Shown here: positions 53,715-63,920 of the stretch, in pieces
Layout of the letters: each line of letters opens with the position of its first letter
Position numbering within the stretch: position 1 is the first letter of the stretch
Assembly: GCA_016712035.1 (NCBI GenBank)
Contig: JADJRT010000009.1
Coordinates: 95,822 to 159,821, forward strand
Length of the DNA: 64,000 bases
Direction of reading: 5' to 3'
Origin: Flammeovirgaceae bacterium
GTDB taxonomy: Bacteria > Bacteroidota > Bacteroidia > Cytophagales > Cyclobacteriaceae
Program-made: the position numbers and the translations under genes
The notes under the pieces: generated by a model
Databases searched by the model: none
Seen by the model: the letters and a program-made list of their open reading frames with translations, nothing else
What the model was told of the DNA's origin: nothing

Positions 53715-53919
53715 TAAGATTCTTTCTTAGCGTGCTGAGCCCAAAGGGTAAGTACAGTGGGCAGAAACTCACGAGACCGGTCAAAACAAAAATAGCCGCT
53801 AGCCCTAGTGAGATTAAGGCAGTTGTGCCTGAAATTATTCCTGTATAATAGAGCGTTACTATAATCGCTGCGAGAATCACCCGGATAACCCGATCAGCAG
53901 AGCCCATATTCTTTTTCAT
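53701..53919 (-). CDS. DUF2892 (YgaP-like) membrane protein
   Basis: MKKNMGSADRVIR...SFCPLY.PFGLST. Confidence 0.88.
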   Translation of the reverse strand: MKKNMGSADRVIRVILAAIIVTLYYTGIISGTTALISLGLAAIFVLTGLVSFCPLYLPFGLSTLRKNLNDNS

Positions 53920-53942
53920 TTGATTAGTTTTTGTTGATGATG

Positions 53943-53987
53943 CAAAACTAACAACACGGAATCTAAGAGAATGTGATCTAAATCACA
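53943..53987 (-). promoter_or_regulatory. Promoter with perfect CRP-type box
   Basis: TGTGA-TCTAAA-TCACA at 53972-53987 and TAGTTTTG -7 box at 53943-53950 (minus). Confidence 0.75.
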
Positions 53988-54594
53988 GAAGTGTTATTTT
54001 ATTTCGTGAAAGATTGACTAACCCTTCGTTTTCCATCTGCTTCATAACGCGTGAAACAGCCTCGCGGGCCGTGCCGAGTTCATCCGCTAATTGCTGGTGG
54101 GTTATTTTTATTTCTTTGGAGCGATAGAGCTCTGCCTTCTGTTTTAAGAGTTGAAGCAGTCGGGTATCTAATTTTTGAAAGGCAATAGCGTTAACCGCAG
54201 TAAGAAGCTCTTCAAATCGTTTGTGGTAAAGCCTAAAAATGAAATCGGCCCACTCCGGAAATTTCTTAACCCATTCACTGGCTTTTTCTACCGGAATAAA
54301 AAGAATTTCTGCGTCTTCCTCAACGATTGCTTTCACCTTACTGGTTTCATTATGAATGCCGCCCAAAAACGACATAATGCAACTTTCTCCAGGGGTTATA
54401 TAGTAAAGTAAAATTTCATGACCGTTTATATCGGTTCGCATCACTTTTAAGCTGCCGTTTAATACAAGGGGGATTGCCTTTATGTAACTATCTTCTTGTT
54501 GGATGACAGAACCTGCCGGGAATTTTTTCAATTGACCGTAGGTTGTAACTTCTTCCTTTAATAAGGTTTGAAAAAGCGAATCGGTGGCAGACAT
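53983..54594 (-). CDS. Crp/Fnr family transcriptional regulator
   Basis: G.EILLYYI.PGESC, ITHQQLADELGTAREAVSR HTH. Confidence 0.93.
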   Translation of the reverse strand: MSATDSLFQTLLKEEVTTYGQLKKFPAGSVIQQEDSYIKAIPLVLNGSLKVMRTDINGHEILLYYITPGESCIMSFLGGIHNETSKVKAIVEEDAEILFIPVEKASEWVKKFPEWADFIFRLYHKRFEELLTAVNAIAFQKLDTRLLQLLKQKAELYRSKEIKITHQQLADELGTAREAVSRVMKQMENEGLVNLSRNKITLL

Positions 54595-54600
54595 TGTATT

Positions 54601-55148
54601 TTAAGAGAGTAAGAATAAGAAGATCAAAGGGAAAATAATTCCTACTAGAGCTAATTTCCAGCCGCGGCTCCAGAAACTATTTTCGCCTTTTTGTATAAAC
54701 ATACCTGTGCAGGCAATAACCAACATAGCTACACCAAAGATGTCGGAATAATAAATCCACCATTTACTGGTGTCTACATGTAGTTTAGTCATTTGGCCGA
54801 GAACCGGGGTGGTACGATACGATTCAATTTTTCCTATGCCTGTAGTAAGATCAACCTGCACATCATTGTTAATGTAAGAGATTCGAAGATTATCACCATC
54901 CACTGAAAATCTTCGCAGGTTATCATCAATCGCAAACTCTTTCGTAAAAGCGTCAATGAATTTATCATTTACCGAATCCTTTATTATCAATTGTTTGAGG
55001 GTTATTTCTTGCGAATTATAGTTGTAGCGTCTTGGATGCCATACCTGGCGGTGATTTAGAAAAATCCCTGAAAAGGAAAAGGCTATGATTAATCCTAAAA
55101 AAAGAAATAGGCAAGATCGCGATGTGTATTGCGTGCTGTAAGTTTCAT
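54601..55148 (-). CDS. PepSY-associated TM helix domain protein (indels in 5' part)
   Basis: RNTHRDLAYF...FSGIFLNH; MTKLH...WIYYSDIFG...TG pattern. Confidence 0.75.
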
Positions 55149-55188
55149 GAATGTGTGACGTATTTTATTTTAGACAATTGTGTTCTGC

Positions 55189-56520
55189 TTATTTGCCGAA
55201 TGGATTTAAAGCACTTAAGGCACGTTTGCCGCCACCCATTTTGTTCATAGTCTTCATGAGCTTGCGCATATCTTCGAATTGTTTGAGTAATTGATTCACC
55301 TGCTGCACTTGGGTTCCACTGCCTTTGGCAATTCGGTTCTTACGACTCGGATTTATTTTATCTGGGTTTTCTCTTTCTTCAATTGTCATGGATCGAATAA
55401 TCGCCTCAATGGGTTTGAAAGAATTGTCATCAATATCAACGCCTTTCATGGCTTTGCCCATACCCGGAATCATGCCCAGCAGATCTTTCATGTTTCCCAT
55501 CTTTTTTATTTGCTCCAGTTGAGATAGAAAATCATTGAAGTCGAACTGGTTCTTTCGCATTTTGGCATTAAGCCTGCGTGTTTCATCTTCATCAAATGTT
55601 TGTTGCGCCTTTTCAACGAGACCCACCACATCGCCCATACCCAAAATCCGGCTTGCCATCCGATCGGGGTAAAAGCGATCAATCGCTTCCATCTTTTCAC
55701 CTGAGCTTATAAATTTAATAGGCTTATTAACAACCTTGCGGATGGAAAGTGCAGCACCGCCCCGGGTATCGCCATCTAATTTGGTAAGTACAACCCCATT
55801 GAAATTTAAGCGTTCGTTAAATGTTTTGGCGGTGTTCACCGCGTCCTGCCCCGTCATCGCATCCACTACAAACAAAGTCTCTGATGGCTTGAGAGCTTCT
55901 TTCAAAAGAGCGATCTCATTCATCATCGCTTCATCTACAGCTAAACGGCCCGCGGTATCTACAATAACAACCCTGAAATTATTTTTCTTTGCATGCTCGA
56001 TGGCCGCCTTGGCTATTTTAACTGCATCTTTATTTTCAGGCTCGGCATATACTTCCACACCAATCTGCTCGCCCAAAACTTTTAATTGATCGATAGCAGC
56101 AGGTCGATAAATGTCGCAGGCTGTTAACAGTACCTGCCGGCCTTGTCGCTTCAGGTAACTGGCTAGCTTACCAGAAAAAGTTGTTTTACCAGAACCCTGT
56201 AGGCCGGCAATTAAAATAACCGCTGGGTTGCCTTCTATGGAGATGTCTTCACTCTCGCCCCCCATGAGCAGGGTGAGTTCATCGTTGGTGATTTTGGTTA
56301 ATAGTTGACCGGGTGAGATGGCTGTGAGTACGTTTTGGCCCAGCGCTTTTTCTTTTATTTCGTCTGTTACTTCTTTGGCAACTTTATAGTTAACATCGGC
56401 ATCGATTAACGCTTTGCGGATTTCTTTAACCGTGGTGGCAATATTAATCTCTGTAATTTTCCCCTGGCCTTTCAGGTTTTGAAAGGCTTTTTCCAACTTA
56501 ATACCTAAACTATCGAACAT
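55189..56520 (-). CDS. ffh: Signal recognition particle protein Ffh
   Basis: GLQGSGKTT, DTAGR, TKLDGD.RGGAA, M domain SMT..ERENP...SRKNRIAKGSG; TAACTTTG -7 box at 56542-56549. Confidence 0.98.
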   Translation of the reverse strand: MFDSLGIKLEKAFQNLKGQGKITEINIATTVKEIRKALIDADVNYKVAKEVTDEIKEKALGQNVLTAISPGQLLTKITNDELTLLMGGESEDISIEGNPAVILIAGLQGSGKTTFSGKLASYLKRQGRQVLLTACDIYRPAAIDQLKVLGEQIGVEVYAEPENKDAVKIAKAAIEHAKKNNFRVVIVDTAGRLAVDEAMMNEIALLKEALKPSETLFVVDAMTGQDAVNTAKTFNERLNFNGVVLTKLDGDTRGGAALSIRKVVNKPIKFISSGEKMEAIDRFYPDRMASRILGMGDVVGLVEKAQQTFDEDETRRLNAKMRKNQFDFNDFLSQLEQIKKMGNMKDLLGMIPGMGKAMKGVDIDDNSFKPIEAIIRSMTIEERENPDKINPSRKNRIAKGSGTQVQQVNQLLKQFEDMRKLMKTMNKMGGGKRALSALNPFGK

Positions 56521-56617
56521 GAGCGGTTTTTTTTAAGGCCACAAAGTTAATAGCTAAATCGTATTAGGGAAGCGGGGTGAGGGGAGTTAAATGAAAAAAC
56601 GAAGAATAGGGCCTATT

Positions 56618-56845
56618 TTATTCCTTTCCCTCTTTAATACCCAATAAAGTTAATTCAACAACAATCAGATTTTTGTTGAAATTGGAGTAGAGCAGTTTTA
56701 CGAGATCTTTGTTTTGCATTTCGTTTGCAAAATGAAATCCAATATCAAAATCCTCACCGTCCTGTAGAAACTCTATCACATTGCCAGTGCCTCCTCTTTG
56801 GATCAACTTAGCAAGGACAGATTTTTCTTGTTGATTAATCGGCAT
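56618..56845 (-). CDS. Hypothetical 75-aa protein
   Basis: Clean ATG ORF filling the gap; ends ELTLLG, weakly winged-helix-like. Confidence 0.55.
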   Translation of the reverse strand: MPINQQEKSVLAKLIQRGGTGNVIEFLQDGEDFDIGFHFANEMQNKDLVKLLYSNFNKNLIVVELTLLGIKEGKE

Positions 56846-56896
56846 TTTCTACTTGGATTAGAAAGGCAAGGGATGCAACTTACTTAAAATAATTCT

Positions 56897-57352
56897 ATGC
56901 GGATAGTTTTGGTTTTTATGCTTTTATCAAAGTTCGCTTACGCTCAGGATTCTGATAAAGGTTTAAATCAACTTTCGTGGTTGGAGGGAACCTGGAATCG
57001 CACCAACATCAAAGCAGGAAAGTCGGCTCATGAGCGATGGGTAAGAACTGGCAAGGGTGAATTGATGGGTTGGGGTGTATCTATGACTATGACCGGTAGC
57101 GATACGACCTTTGTTGAAAAGCTCAAGATTATTTATAAAGACAATGCGTTCTACTATGTAGCTGATGTTCCTGAGAATAAGGACCTAACTTATTTTAAGT
57201 TTACAGAACTTACTACAACCGGCTTTGTTTGTGAAGACCCCGCCCATGACTTTCCTAAAAAGATTTCTTATCAAGTGGAGGGAAATAAATTGAAAGCTAT
57301 AATCTCCGGCAATGGCAAATCGATTGAGTATTTGTTTGAAAAGGAAAATTAA
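56897..57352 (+). CDS. DUF6265-like secreted protein
   Basis: LSWLEGTW, E.W, F.C.DPAHDFPKKISY. Confidence 0.75.
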   Translation: MRIVLVFMLLSKFAYAQDSDKGLNQLSWLEGTWNRTNIKAGKSAHERWVRTGKGELMGWGVSMTMTGSDTTFVEKLKIIYKDNAFYYVADVPENKDLTYFKFTELTTTGFVCEDPAHDFPKKISYQVEGNKLKAIISGNGKSIEYLFEKEN

Positions 57353-57448
57353 CTTGATCAGGATTGCGAAAAATGCAACAGGTATGGATGTTTGATTTTG
57401 AATCGATGAATCTCAGAGCCATGAAAGGATGATTCGAATCAGGTTAGC

Positions 57449-57922
57449 TTAAAAGCTTACCCCAAACCAAAATATAATCCTTCAGGCCATCCCAAACCAG
57501 TTCTAAATATAAAATGTCCATTAGGTTTCTGTTTTCTGTATCCTATTGAAACAGACAACGGAAATAAATCATAGTACTCATTAAGTGATTTAACAAATCC
57601 ACCACTTACTTCAAGGTGGTGTTTTGTAGCTCCGGTTAAAAAACCAAAATTTCCTAAAATATATGGAATTGAATATCCCCAACCATGCTCACCTCCATAT
57701 CCAGCTTTAACAAAAGTTGCTGTTATTGATTTCTGTTCATTTCTCTGGAACATTCGTTCATAGTAGGCAGTGGCAGTAAAAGCATTTCCTACGCCCACAT
57801 TCCCGTAATAGCATTGTTAAACATTTTGGATTTCTTTGAATCTGGCACTACGTCCTGTGCCGCAACAGTATTTGCTATTAATAATAAAATGATGAATAGG
57901 TTTCTATATTTACAATAGACAT
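57449..57922 (-). CDS. Hypothetical secreted beta-stranded protein (indels)
   Basis: Signal-peptide-like 5' part; HHLEVSGG, IGYRKQKP..FIFRTG.GWPE; AT-rich. Confidence 0.5.
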
Positions 57923-58140
57923 TTAGTTCTCTTTTCATAATAGGCAGGTTTATAATTGAAATTTAAATGCGCTACTTATGATCAAATGTCTGGTATTTGA
58001 ATTAATGCTAGATTCTGAATTGCGCAACCAATGGAAGTTTTTGGTAGAAAACCCTCATTTATTAAATGTCTACCAGGAATTTTGCGAAAAATGCAACTGG
58101 TGGGGTGGGGATGTTTGATTCTAAGTGGCCAGGCAGCCAC

Positions 58141-59252
58141 TCAAATAGATAATCTGGATATTCTTTCGGCTATTAATTCCGTGGTATGTGTCATCGCCTC
58201 TGATTGGGTTGTTTTCTCATTTACTAAGGCAAAGACTTCTTTCAATCCGAGCGTTCCAATTTCTTGATGCGTTAACTCATTTTTTCCTACAATGGCAATA
58301 ATTGGCTTACCATAACGTGTTGCAAGCTGAGCCACACCCATTACCACTTTACCGGATAGTGTTTGAGTGTCCATTTTGCCCTCGCCTGTTATTATCAGGT
58401 CCGCCCATTTTATTTGTTCCTCAAGGTGCAGCATCTGCAGAATGAAATCAATACCACTATTAAATTCTGCATTTAAAAAAAGCAGGGCGCCCGCACCCAA
58501 GCCTCCTGCGGCCCCAGCACCTTTAAAGTTTACCTCCTGGTTACTTTGACTCTTTGCTACTTGTTCAAAATTCCGGAGACCCCAATCAAGTAGTTGAACA
58601 GCTTCTTCATCGGCACCTTTTTGGGGTGCATACACATAGGCTGCGCCATTTTTTCCGTAGAGTTCGTTATCCACATCGCACAAAACAACGAAGGAGATTT
58701 TCTTATTATTTAGGATGAACTTGTCGAACTGAATTTTATAAAGATGAACCAGATTTTCTCCGATGGGCGCCAGCGTTTTATTTTCCTGATTTAGAAATTT
58801 TACCCCTAAGGCTGCGGCCATGCCTAACCCAGCATCGTTGGTGGCACTACCCCCAATGGTAAGAATGATTTTGTTTACGCCACGGGTAATCGCATCGGCA
58901 ATAAGTTCGCCCGTTCCATACGTGGAAGTTTTTAGTGGGTTACGTTCTTCTTTAGATAATAATGCCAGTCCCGATGCGCTCGCCATTTCAATGAATGCAT
59001 GGAGCCATCGCCCGAGATTCCGTACGAAGCAGTTATTTTTCTGAATAAAGGATCTGATACTTCTGCAGAAATCATAGAACCCTTCGAATGGTCTGTTAGT
59101 AATTCGCAGGTCCCTTCACCGCCATCGGCCATCGGAATAAGTTTAATAGAAAGTGCGGAATCAATTTTTAGCAATCCACTCTCAACAGCTGCACAAACTT
59201 CTTTGGCTGTTAGTGAACCTTTAAACTTATCCGGTGCAACTAAAATGTTCAC
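58141..59252 (-). CDS. Glycerate kinase (GlxK/GarK family), indel near 58995
   Basis: APDKFKGSL, PMADGGEGT, TSTYGTG, GGSATNDAG, GAGAAGG, ITGEG..D.Q..GK. Confidence 0.92.
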
Positions 59253-60573
59253 AATAAAATAAATAGTAAAATGGAGGTAATAAGTACCGTTATGCCCTGT
59301 GCCAGCGTTATCAGTGTATAACTTTTATACGCATCGCTTTCGCGGATACCACTGAATTGCGACACAACCCAAAAATATGAATCATTGGCATGCGAAACCG
59401 TCATGGCTCCACCACCAATGGCTAAAATTAATGTGGCTAAAGAAGTGGCGGTTGTAAATCCAGCAAGGATAGTTAACGGTGCTAGTAAAGAACTGGTTAT
59501 AATGATAGCTGATGTGGAAGATCCTTGTGCGGATTTTAAAACAGCTCCTAAAGCAAAGGCAATTAGTATAAATAGTATGCCGCCCGATTGCGAGCCTGCA
59601 ATCTGCTCTTTCAAAATCAAATCGATGCCGCTTGATTTTATGACTGCTCCGAACGAGCCGCCTGCACCGGTAATAAGAAGTATTACCCCGGCATCTTTCA
59701 ATGCTTCAGAAATCCAGGCAGGCGATTCCTGTCTTTGTTTTTTCGAGATCAATAGAAATGCACAAAGGAGTCCTGCAGATAAAGCAATGGCAGGGTTTCC
59801 GATAATTTGGAAGATGTTTGTCAGCGCTTTAAAGGCCGGAATTATAGTTGGCAATGTAGCACAGGAGATGAGTAGGATAGGAAGCAGCAGCGGAAGAAAT
59901 GCCAGAACAGTGTGGTGATTACTTTTTTCAAGCGGGGCATGCGTTATTTGTACCGCATGGATTTTGGCACCCATTTTTTTTGATAACCAAAACGCAACAA
60001 GCGCAGCCGGTATAGCCCCAATCAATCCGATTAAAATTACCAGCCCCAGATTTGCGGTTACTCCCAAATTGGCGGCCGCAGCTAAAGGACCCGGAGTAGG
60101 GGGCACCAGTACGTGAGAAGTATATAATCCGCTGGACAAAGCAAGAGATAGTTGTGCTTGATTTATTTCGGTGGAGGTAAGGGCGGGTATTAACCGGGAC
60201 AAGATGATAAAACCTGAATCGCAGAACACAGGAATACCAACCACCACGCCAATCATGGACATGGCGACCAACGTTTTACTTTTACCAAACGCATGGATAA
60301 TTTTTGCTCCAATACTGGTCATGCTCCGGTTCTTTCCATCACAATGCCCAGGCATGAACCAATGGCCACAAGAAATCCTATTTGTTGCAACAACAACCCA
60401 AAGCCCGCTTGCATGGTAGTTACTGTTTCTAAAACAGATTTGCCAACCAGGGTTCCAAAAATCAGGGCTGCAATGAGTAGAGAAAAGAAGGGATTTAGTT
60501 TTAGGTATCGTGAAGTGGCAATGAGAGCACCAAGGGCAATAGAAAGTGAGATGGCGATTTGGATGCCCGCCAT
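59249..60573 (-). CDS. GntP family permease, indel near 60330
   Basis: KLNPFFSL, IPVFCDSGF, VPPTPGP, AQGSSTSA, SHANDSYFW. Confidence 0.9.
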
Positions 60574-60575
60574 TA

Positions 60576-60943
60576 TTATATGAATCGGATAGTTTCTATT
60601 TCTCTCACCTTACTGAAAACCTTATCTGCGGAGACTAATGGCAGTTGATAGTAATTTGCAGTGGCAGCGATAATGGCATCAGGCAGTTTTAATTTATACT
60701 TGATGCGGAGATCAATAGTTGCTTTTTTAATTTCTGTGTTCAATTCTAGTAAGATACATTCATCGAGAAAATTTCGAATTAAGTATCGATCCTCACTAGT
60801 GAGTTTTGATAAGAAAGTGATTCGAGTTCGGTAATAAATGAGATATGCAGGATATTATGATTGATGATTTCCTTTGCGACAGGGTGACCATCTAAAACTG
60901 CTATAATGGCGTTTGTGTCAAGTAGAATATTATTTCCACTCAT
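60576..60943 (-). CDS. PIN-domain (VapC-like) toxin, not in ORF track, indel near 60810
   Basis: Manual translation MSGNNILLDTNAII...ISFITELE...KYKLKLPDAIIAATA...LPLVSADKVF. Confidence 0.85.
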
Positions 60944-61097
60944 CTCGCAATTTTCTTTGAAGCTTGACTGGGTTTCCTTTAGCTTTTACTTTCCCCACAT
61001 ACTTACTGATGTCAACGCCAGATTTTTTAGCTTTAACAGAAGCAAATATTTTCTCCAACTCTTTTTTTGATGGCTTTGATTTGATTACAGTTTCCAT
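60930..61097 (-). CDS. Small putative antitoxin upstream of the PIN toxin (indel in A-run near 61025)
   Basis: Reconstructed METVIKSKPSKKELEKIF...DISKYVGKVKAKGNPVKLQRKLRDEWK*; 3' end overlaps the toxin start. Confidence 0.65.
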   Translation of the reverse strand: METVIKSKPSKKELEKIFASVKAKKSGVDISKYVGKVKAKGNPVKLQRKLRDEWK

Positions 61098-61128
61098 TTA
61101 AAATTGTTTAAACAAAGGTAATTCATTT

Positions 61129-62320
61129 TTAGATACGGAATTGAATGAAAGGATAAGCTTGCCCTGCTTTAAATTCAGTGGTGTCAGCAGGCAATTCAAT
61201 AAAACCATCCACCTCTTTCAGATTGGCAAAATCGCCTGAACCACCGCCAACTTGCGGGTAAGCCATTAGTTGGCCTTTTTCATTTTCTACTTTTACCTGA
61301 AGAAAGTAAGTTAACGCGGGCTTGAAAGAAAAATCTTTTGCCAGAATGGTGTGGCTTGATTTTATGTTGCCCCGAAGACTTTTTATAAGCCAGGGTTTTA
61401 TATAGCGATAAAAGCACATATAAGTTGAAACCGGATTCCCCGGAAGGGCAAACACGATATGATTGGATGAAGTGCCGAACCACAACGGCTTGCCTGGCTT
61501 TTGGCTTACCTGATGAAAGCGTTTTTGAATTCCATTTCGCTCCAGTGTTTGAGGTACGTAATCAAACTTGCCTTTCGAAACACCTCCTGAGAAGATTAGA
61601 ACTTCGTAGTGCGAAAGAATTTTTTTTTACCTCGGCTTCAAGAATCTCGGGTTGGTCGGGAATATGAAACTGATCGGCTGGACAACCCAATTCCAATAAG
61701 GCAGCTTGCAAGGCATAACTATTTGATCTTCGGATTTGATAGGGGAGTGGTGTTAGATCCACAGGCACTAATTCATCTCCACTCGAAATAATGGCCGTTT
61801 TAGGAAACATCGAAACCGAGACAGTCTTTTTACCCACCGAGGCAAGCAAGGCAACTTCGGCAGGAGAAATTATTGTGCCGGGCGAAAGCAGAGTTTCATT
61901 TTGCTTGGCATCCTGACCTTGATGGTGAATATGATCGCGGGGATTTAATTTTTGAAGAAGAAGGGAAGCGGACTGATCTTTAATGTCCAGATCTTCATAG
62001 CGAACAACGGTATCGGTGCCGGTAGGTAGCATCGCTCCGGTCATTACTTCAATACATGAATCATTATTGTTTAACTTTTTTGGTTGTTCACCAGCGGCTT
62101 GAATGCCTTCAATAGGAAAGTTTCGGTTTCCGTTCTTGAAAGAATCAAAACAAATTGCAACGCCATCCATAGCTACGCGATCGAATGGTGGAAAATTTCG
62201 ATCCGCCCGAACTTCTTCCCGTAAAATTCTTCCACAGGCCTGTTGAATAGCAAGATCCTCTTTTCCAGTTTCCATGGAATGCGAAAGAATAATTGCTGTA
62301 GCCTCTGAAACGCTTATCAT
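61129..62320 (-). CDS. moeA: Molybdopterin molybdotransferase MoeA (indels)
   Basis: PPFDRVAMDG, VMTGAMLP, SSGDEL, QIRRSN, SGGVS, QKPGKP, LPGNPVS. Confidence 0.92.
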
Positions 62321-62367
62321 GATTTAATTAACTTTGATTGAATACTGCGGATTCAAAATTTTAACTA

Positions 62368-62847
62368 ATGAAGAAACAATTTACACATATTGACGCCACG
62401 GGCAACCCCAAAATGGTGGATGTATCACACAAAAAAGTGACCAAACGCGTGGCGCGCGCGCAGGCTATTGTCGTTTTAGGGAGTGAAATTGTATCGATGA
62501 TGCAGGGAAACGAGTTAATCACGAAAAAAGGACCAGTTTTTCAGACAGCTATAATAGCTGGAGTGATGGCTGCAAAGAAGACACATGAACTGATTCCGTT
62601 TTGTCATCCCTTAAACCTGGAGGACTGTAAGATTAAGACATCTATTAGAGATAATACAGCAATCATTGATACTGAAGTGACTGTGACCTCTAAAACAGGT
62701 GTAGAAATGGAAGCGTTAACAGCTGCTTCGGTGGCCGCACTGACTGTATACGATATGTGTAAAGCACTGTCGCATCACATCGTTATAACGGATATAAAAC
62801 TGATGAAGAAGACAGGTGGGAAGAAAGATTTTCTGCGTAAACAGTAG
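62368..62847 (+). CDS. moaC: Cyclic pyranopterin monophosphate synthase MoaC
   Basis: FTHID..G.PKMVDVS.K, LIPFCH, TGVEMEALT, YDMCKA, KTGGK. Confidence 0.96.
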   Translation: MKKQFTHIDATGNPKMVDVSHKKVTKRVARAQAIVVLGSEIVSMMQGNELITKKGPVFQTAIIAGVMAAKKTHELIPFCHPLNLEDCKIKTSIRDNTAIIDTEVTVTSKTGVEMEALTAASVAALTVYDMCKALSHHIVITDIKLMKKTGGKKDFLRKQ

Positions 62848-63070
62848 CCGGAGAAATACTTTGAGTCCACATCGTTCCAAAACGGGAAATTTTAATTTTT
62901 TCCAGTAAGTAGCAATTTATTAACTGATTACAAGACTTGACATTAACTGATTGTAGAAGTAAATTTTTGCGCAATCGAATGAAATTGAACAATTAAAAAA
63001 TCAATAAATATTTCTCGAACTTTTTAGCTCATTAAATGTTAAATTTGAGAGTCTAAATAAAATGTTGGTT

Positions 63071-63211
63071 ATGAAATTAATTGGAAAAAATATCCTTGCA
63101 GGGTTTCAGCTTAATCCGATCAATCGGGATTTGTTGATTGTAATTTCGGCAGGCATGTTTATCGCTATTGCCATTATCAGTTTGCTAGTAATGATTGTTA
63201 GTCAGATTTAG
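63071..63211 (+). CDS. Small single-TM peptide (46 aa)
   Basis: MKLIGKNILAGFQLNPINRDLLIVISAGMFIAIAIISLLVMIVSQI*; TAAATTTG -7 box at 63040-63047. Confidence 0.45.
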   Translation: MKLIGKNILAGFQLNPINRDLLIVISAGMFIAIAIISLLVMIVSQI

Positions 63212-63233
63212 CAATAGCCTAATTCACCGAATT

Positions 63234-63263
63234 AAAAGCGTCAAAGAAGTTTGACGCTTTTTT
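63234..63263. terminator. Hairpin between the small ORF and moaE (probable bidirectional terminator)
   Basis: AAAAGCGTCAAA-GAAG-TTTGACGCTTTT. Confidence 0.7.
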
Positions 63264-63670
63264 ATGGATGCGCGGAAACATGTGTCGCCATCTTCAAAAA
63301 ATTCCTTCTTCCAAATGGGAACCGTTTGTTTAAGCGTATCAATTACATACTGACAAGCTTCAAAAGATTCCTTTCGATGTGCGGTTGAAAGCGCAATCAC
63401 TACTGCAACATCTCCCGGGTGTAAGGTACCCACCCTATGACTTACTGCCCAACCGGTTAGGTTCCATTGTTTGTCAGCTTGTTGAATTATTTTATTCATC
63501 TCGGCAACAGCCATGGGTTCGTAGGCTTCATACTCAAGTCTGGTAACCTTTTTGGAGGAGGTTTGATTTCGCACAGTTCCAATAAATACATTAACAGCAC
63601 CTCCACTACGCGAAGAAGCAGCGCTTATGATCTTTTGAACATCAATAGGTTTGTCAATAATTTCAATCAT
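63262..63670 (-). CDS. moaE: Molybdopterin synthase catalytic subunit MoaE (indel near 3' end)
   Basis: GAVNVFIGTVRN, LEYEAYEPMA, HRVG.L, AHR..F, LKQTVPIWKKE; probable true end VSAHP*. Confidence 0.92.
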
Positions 63671-63680
63671 GCTTGGATAT

Positions 63681-63920
63681 TCAACCGCCACTAACCGGTG
63701 GTATCAATGCGATCTCGTCAGTTTCGTGTAAAGGCGCCTCGTCCGATGCATACTCCTGATTTACCGCAATAAAAAGTGATTTCAGTTTTTTCAAATCAGG
63801 ATATTGGGTGGCTAAGGTATTTCTAAGATCACCTACAGAAGTACCAGTAAGTTCAAAGGCAACCTCGCGATTACCTATAATATCGCGCGAGATTCCAAAC
63901 GCTTTAATTTTTACTACCAT
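63681..63920 (-). CDS. moaD: Molybdopterin synthase sulfur carrier MoaD
   Basis: AVNQEY, DEIALIPPVSGG C-terminal GG. Confidence 0.95.
   Translation of the reverse strand: MVVKIKAFGISRDIIGNREVAFELTGTSVGDLRNTLATQYPDLKKLKSLFIAVNQEYASDEAPLHETDEIALIPPVSGG

Noticed and set aside
59385-59918. 177-aa plus-strand ORF and many other 60-120 aa antisense ORFs
   Set aside because: They are shadows of well-supported genes on the opposite strand and have no recognisable motifs.
62848-63040. Moco riboswitch or sRNA in the AT-rich gap
   Set aside because: No convincing stems or conserved motif by eye; an Rfam/Infernal search would be needed.
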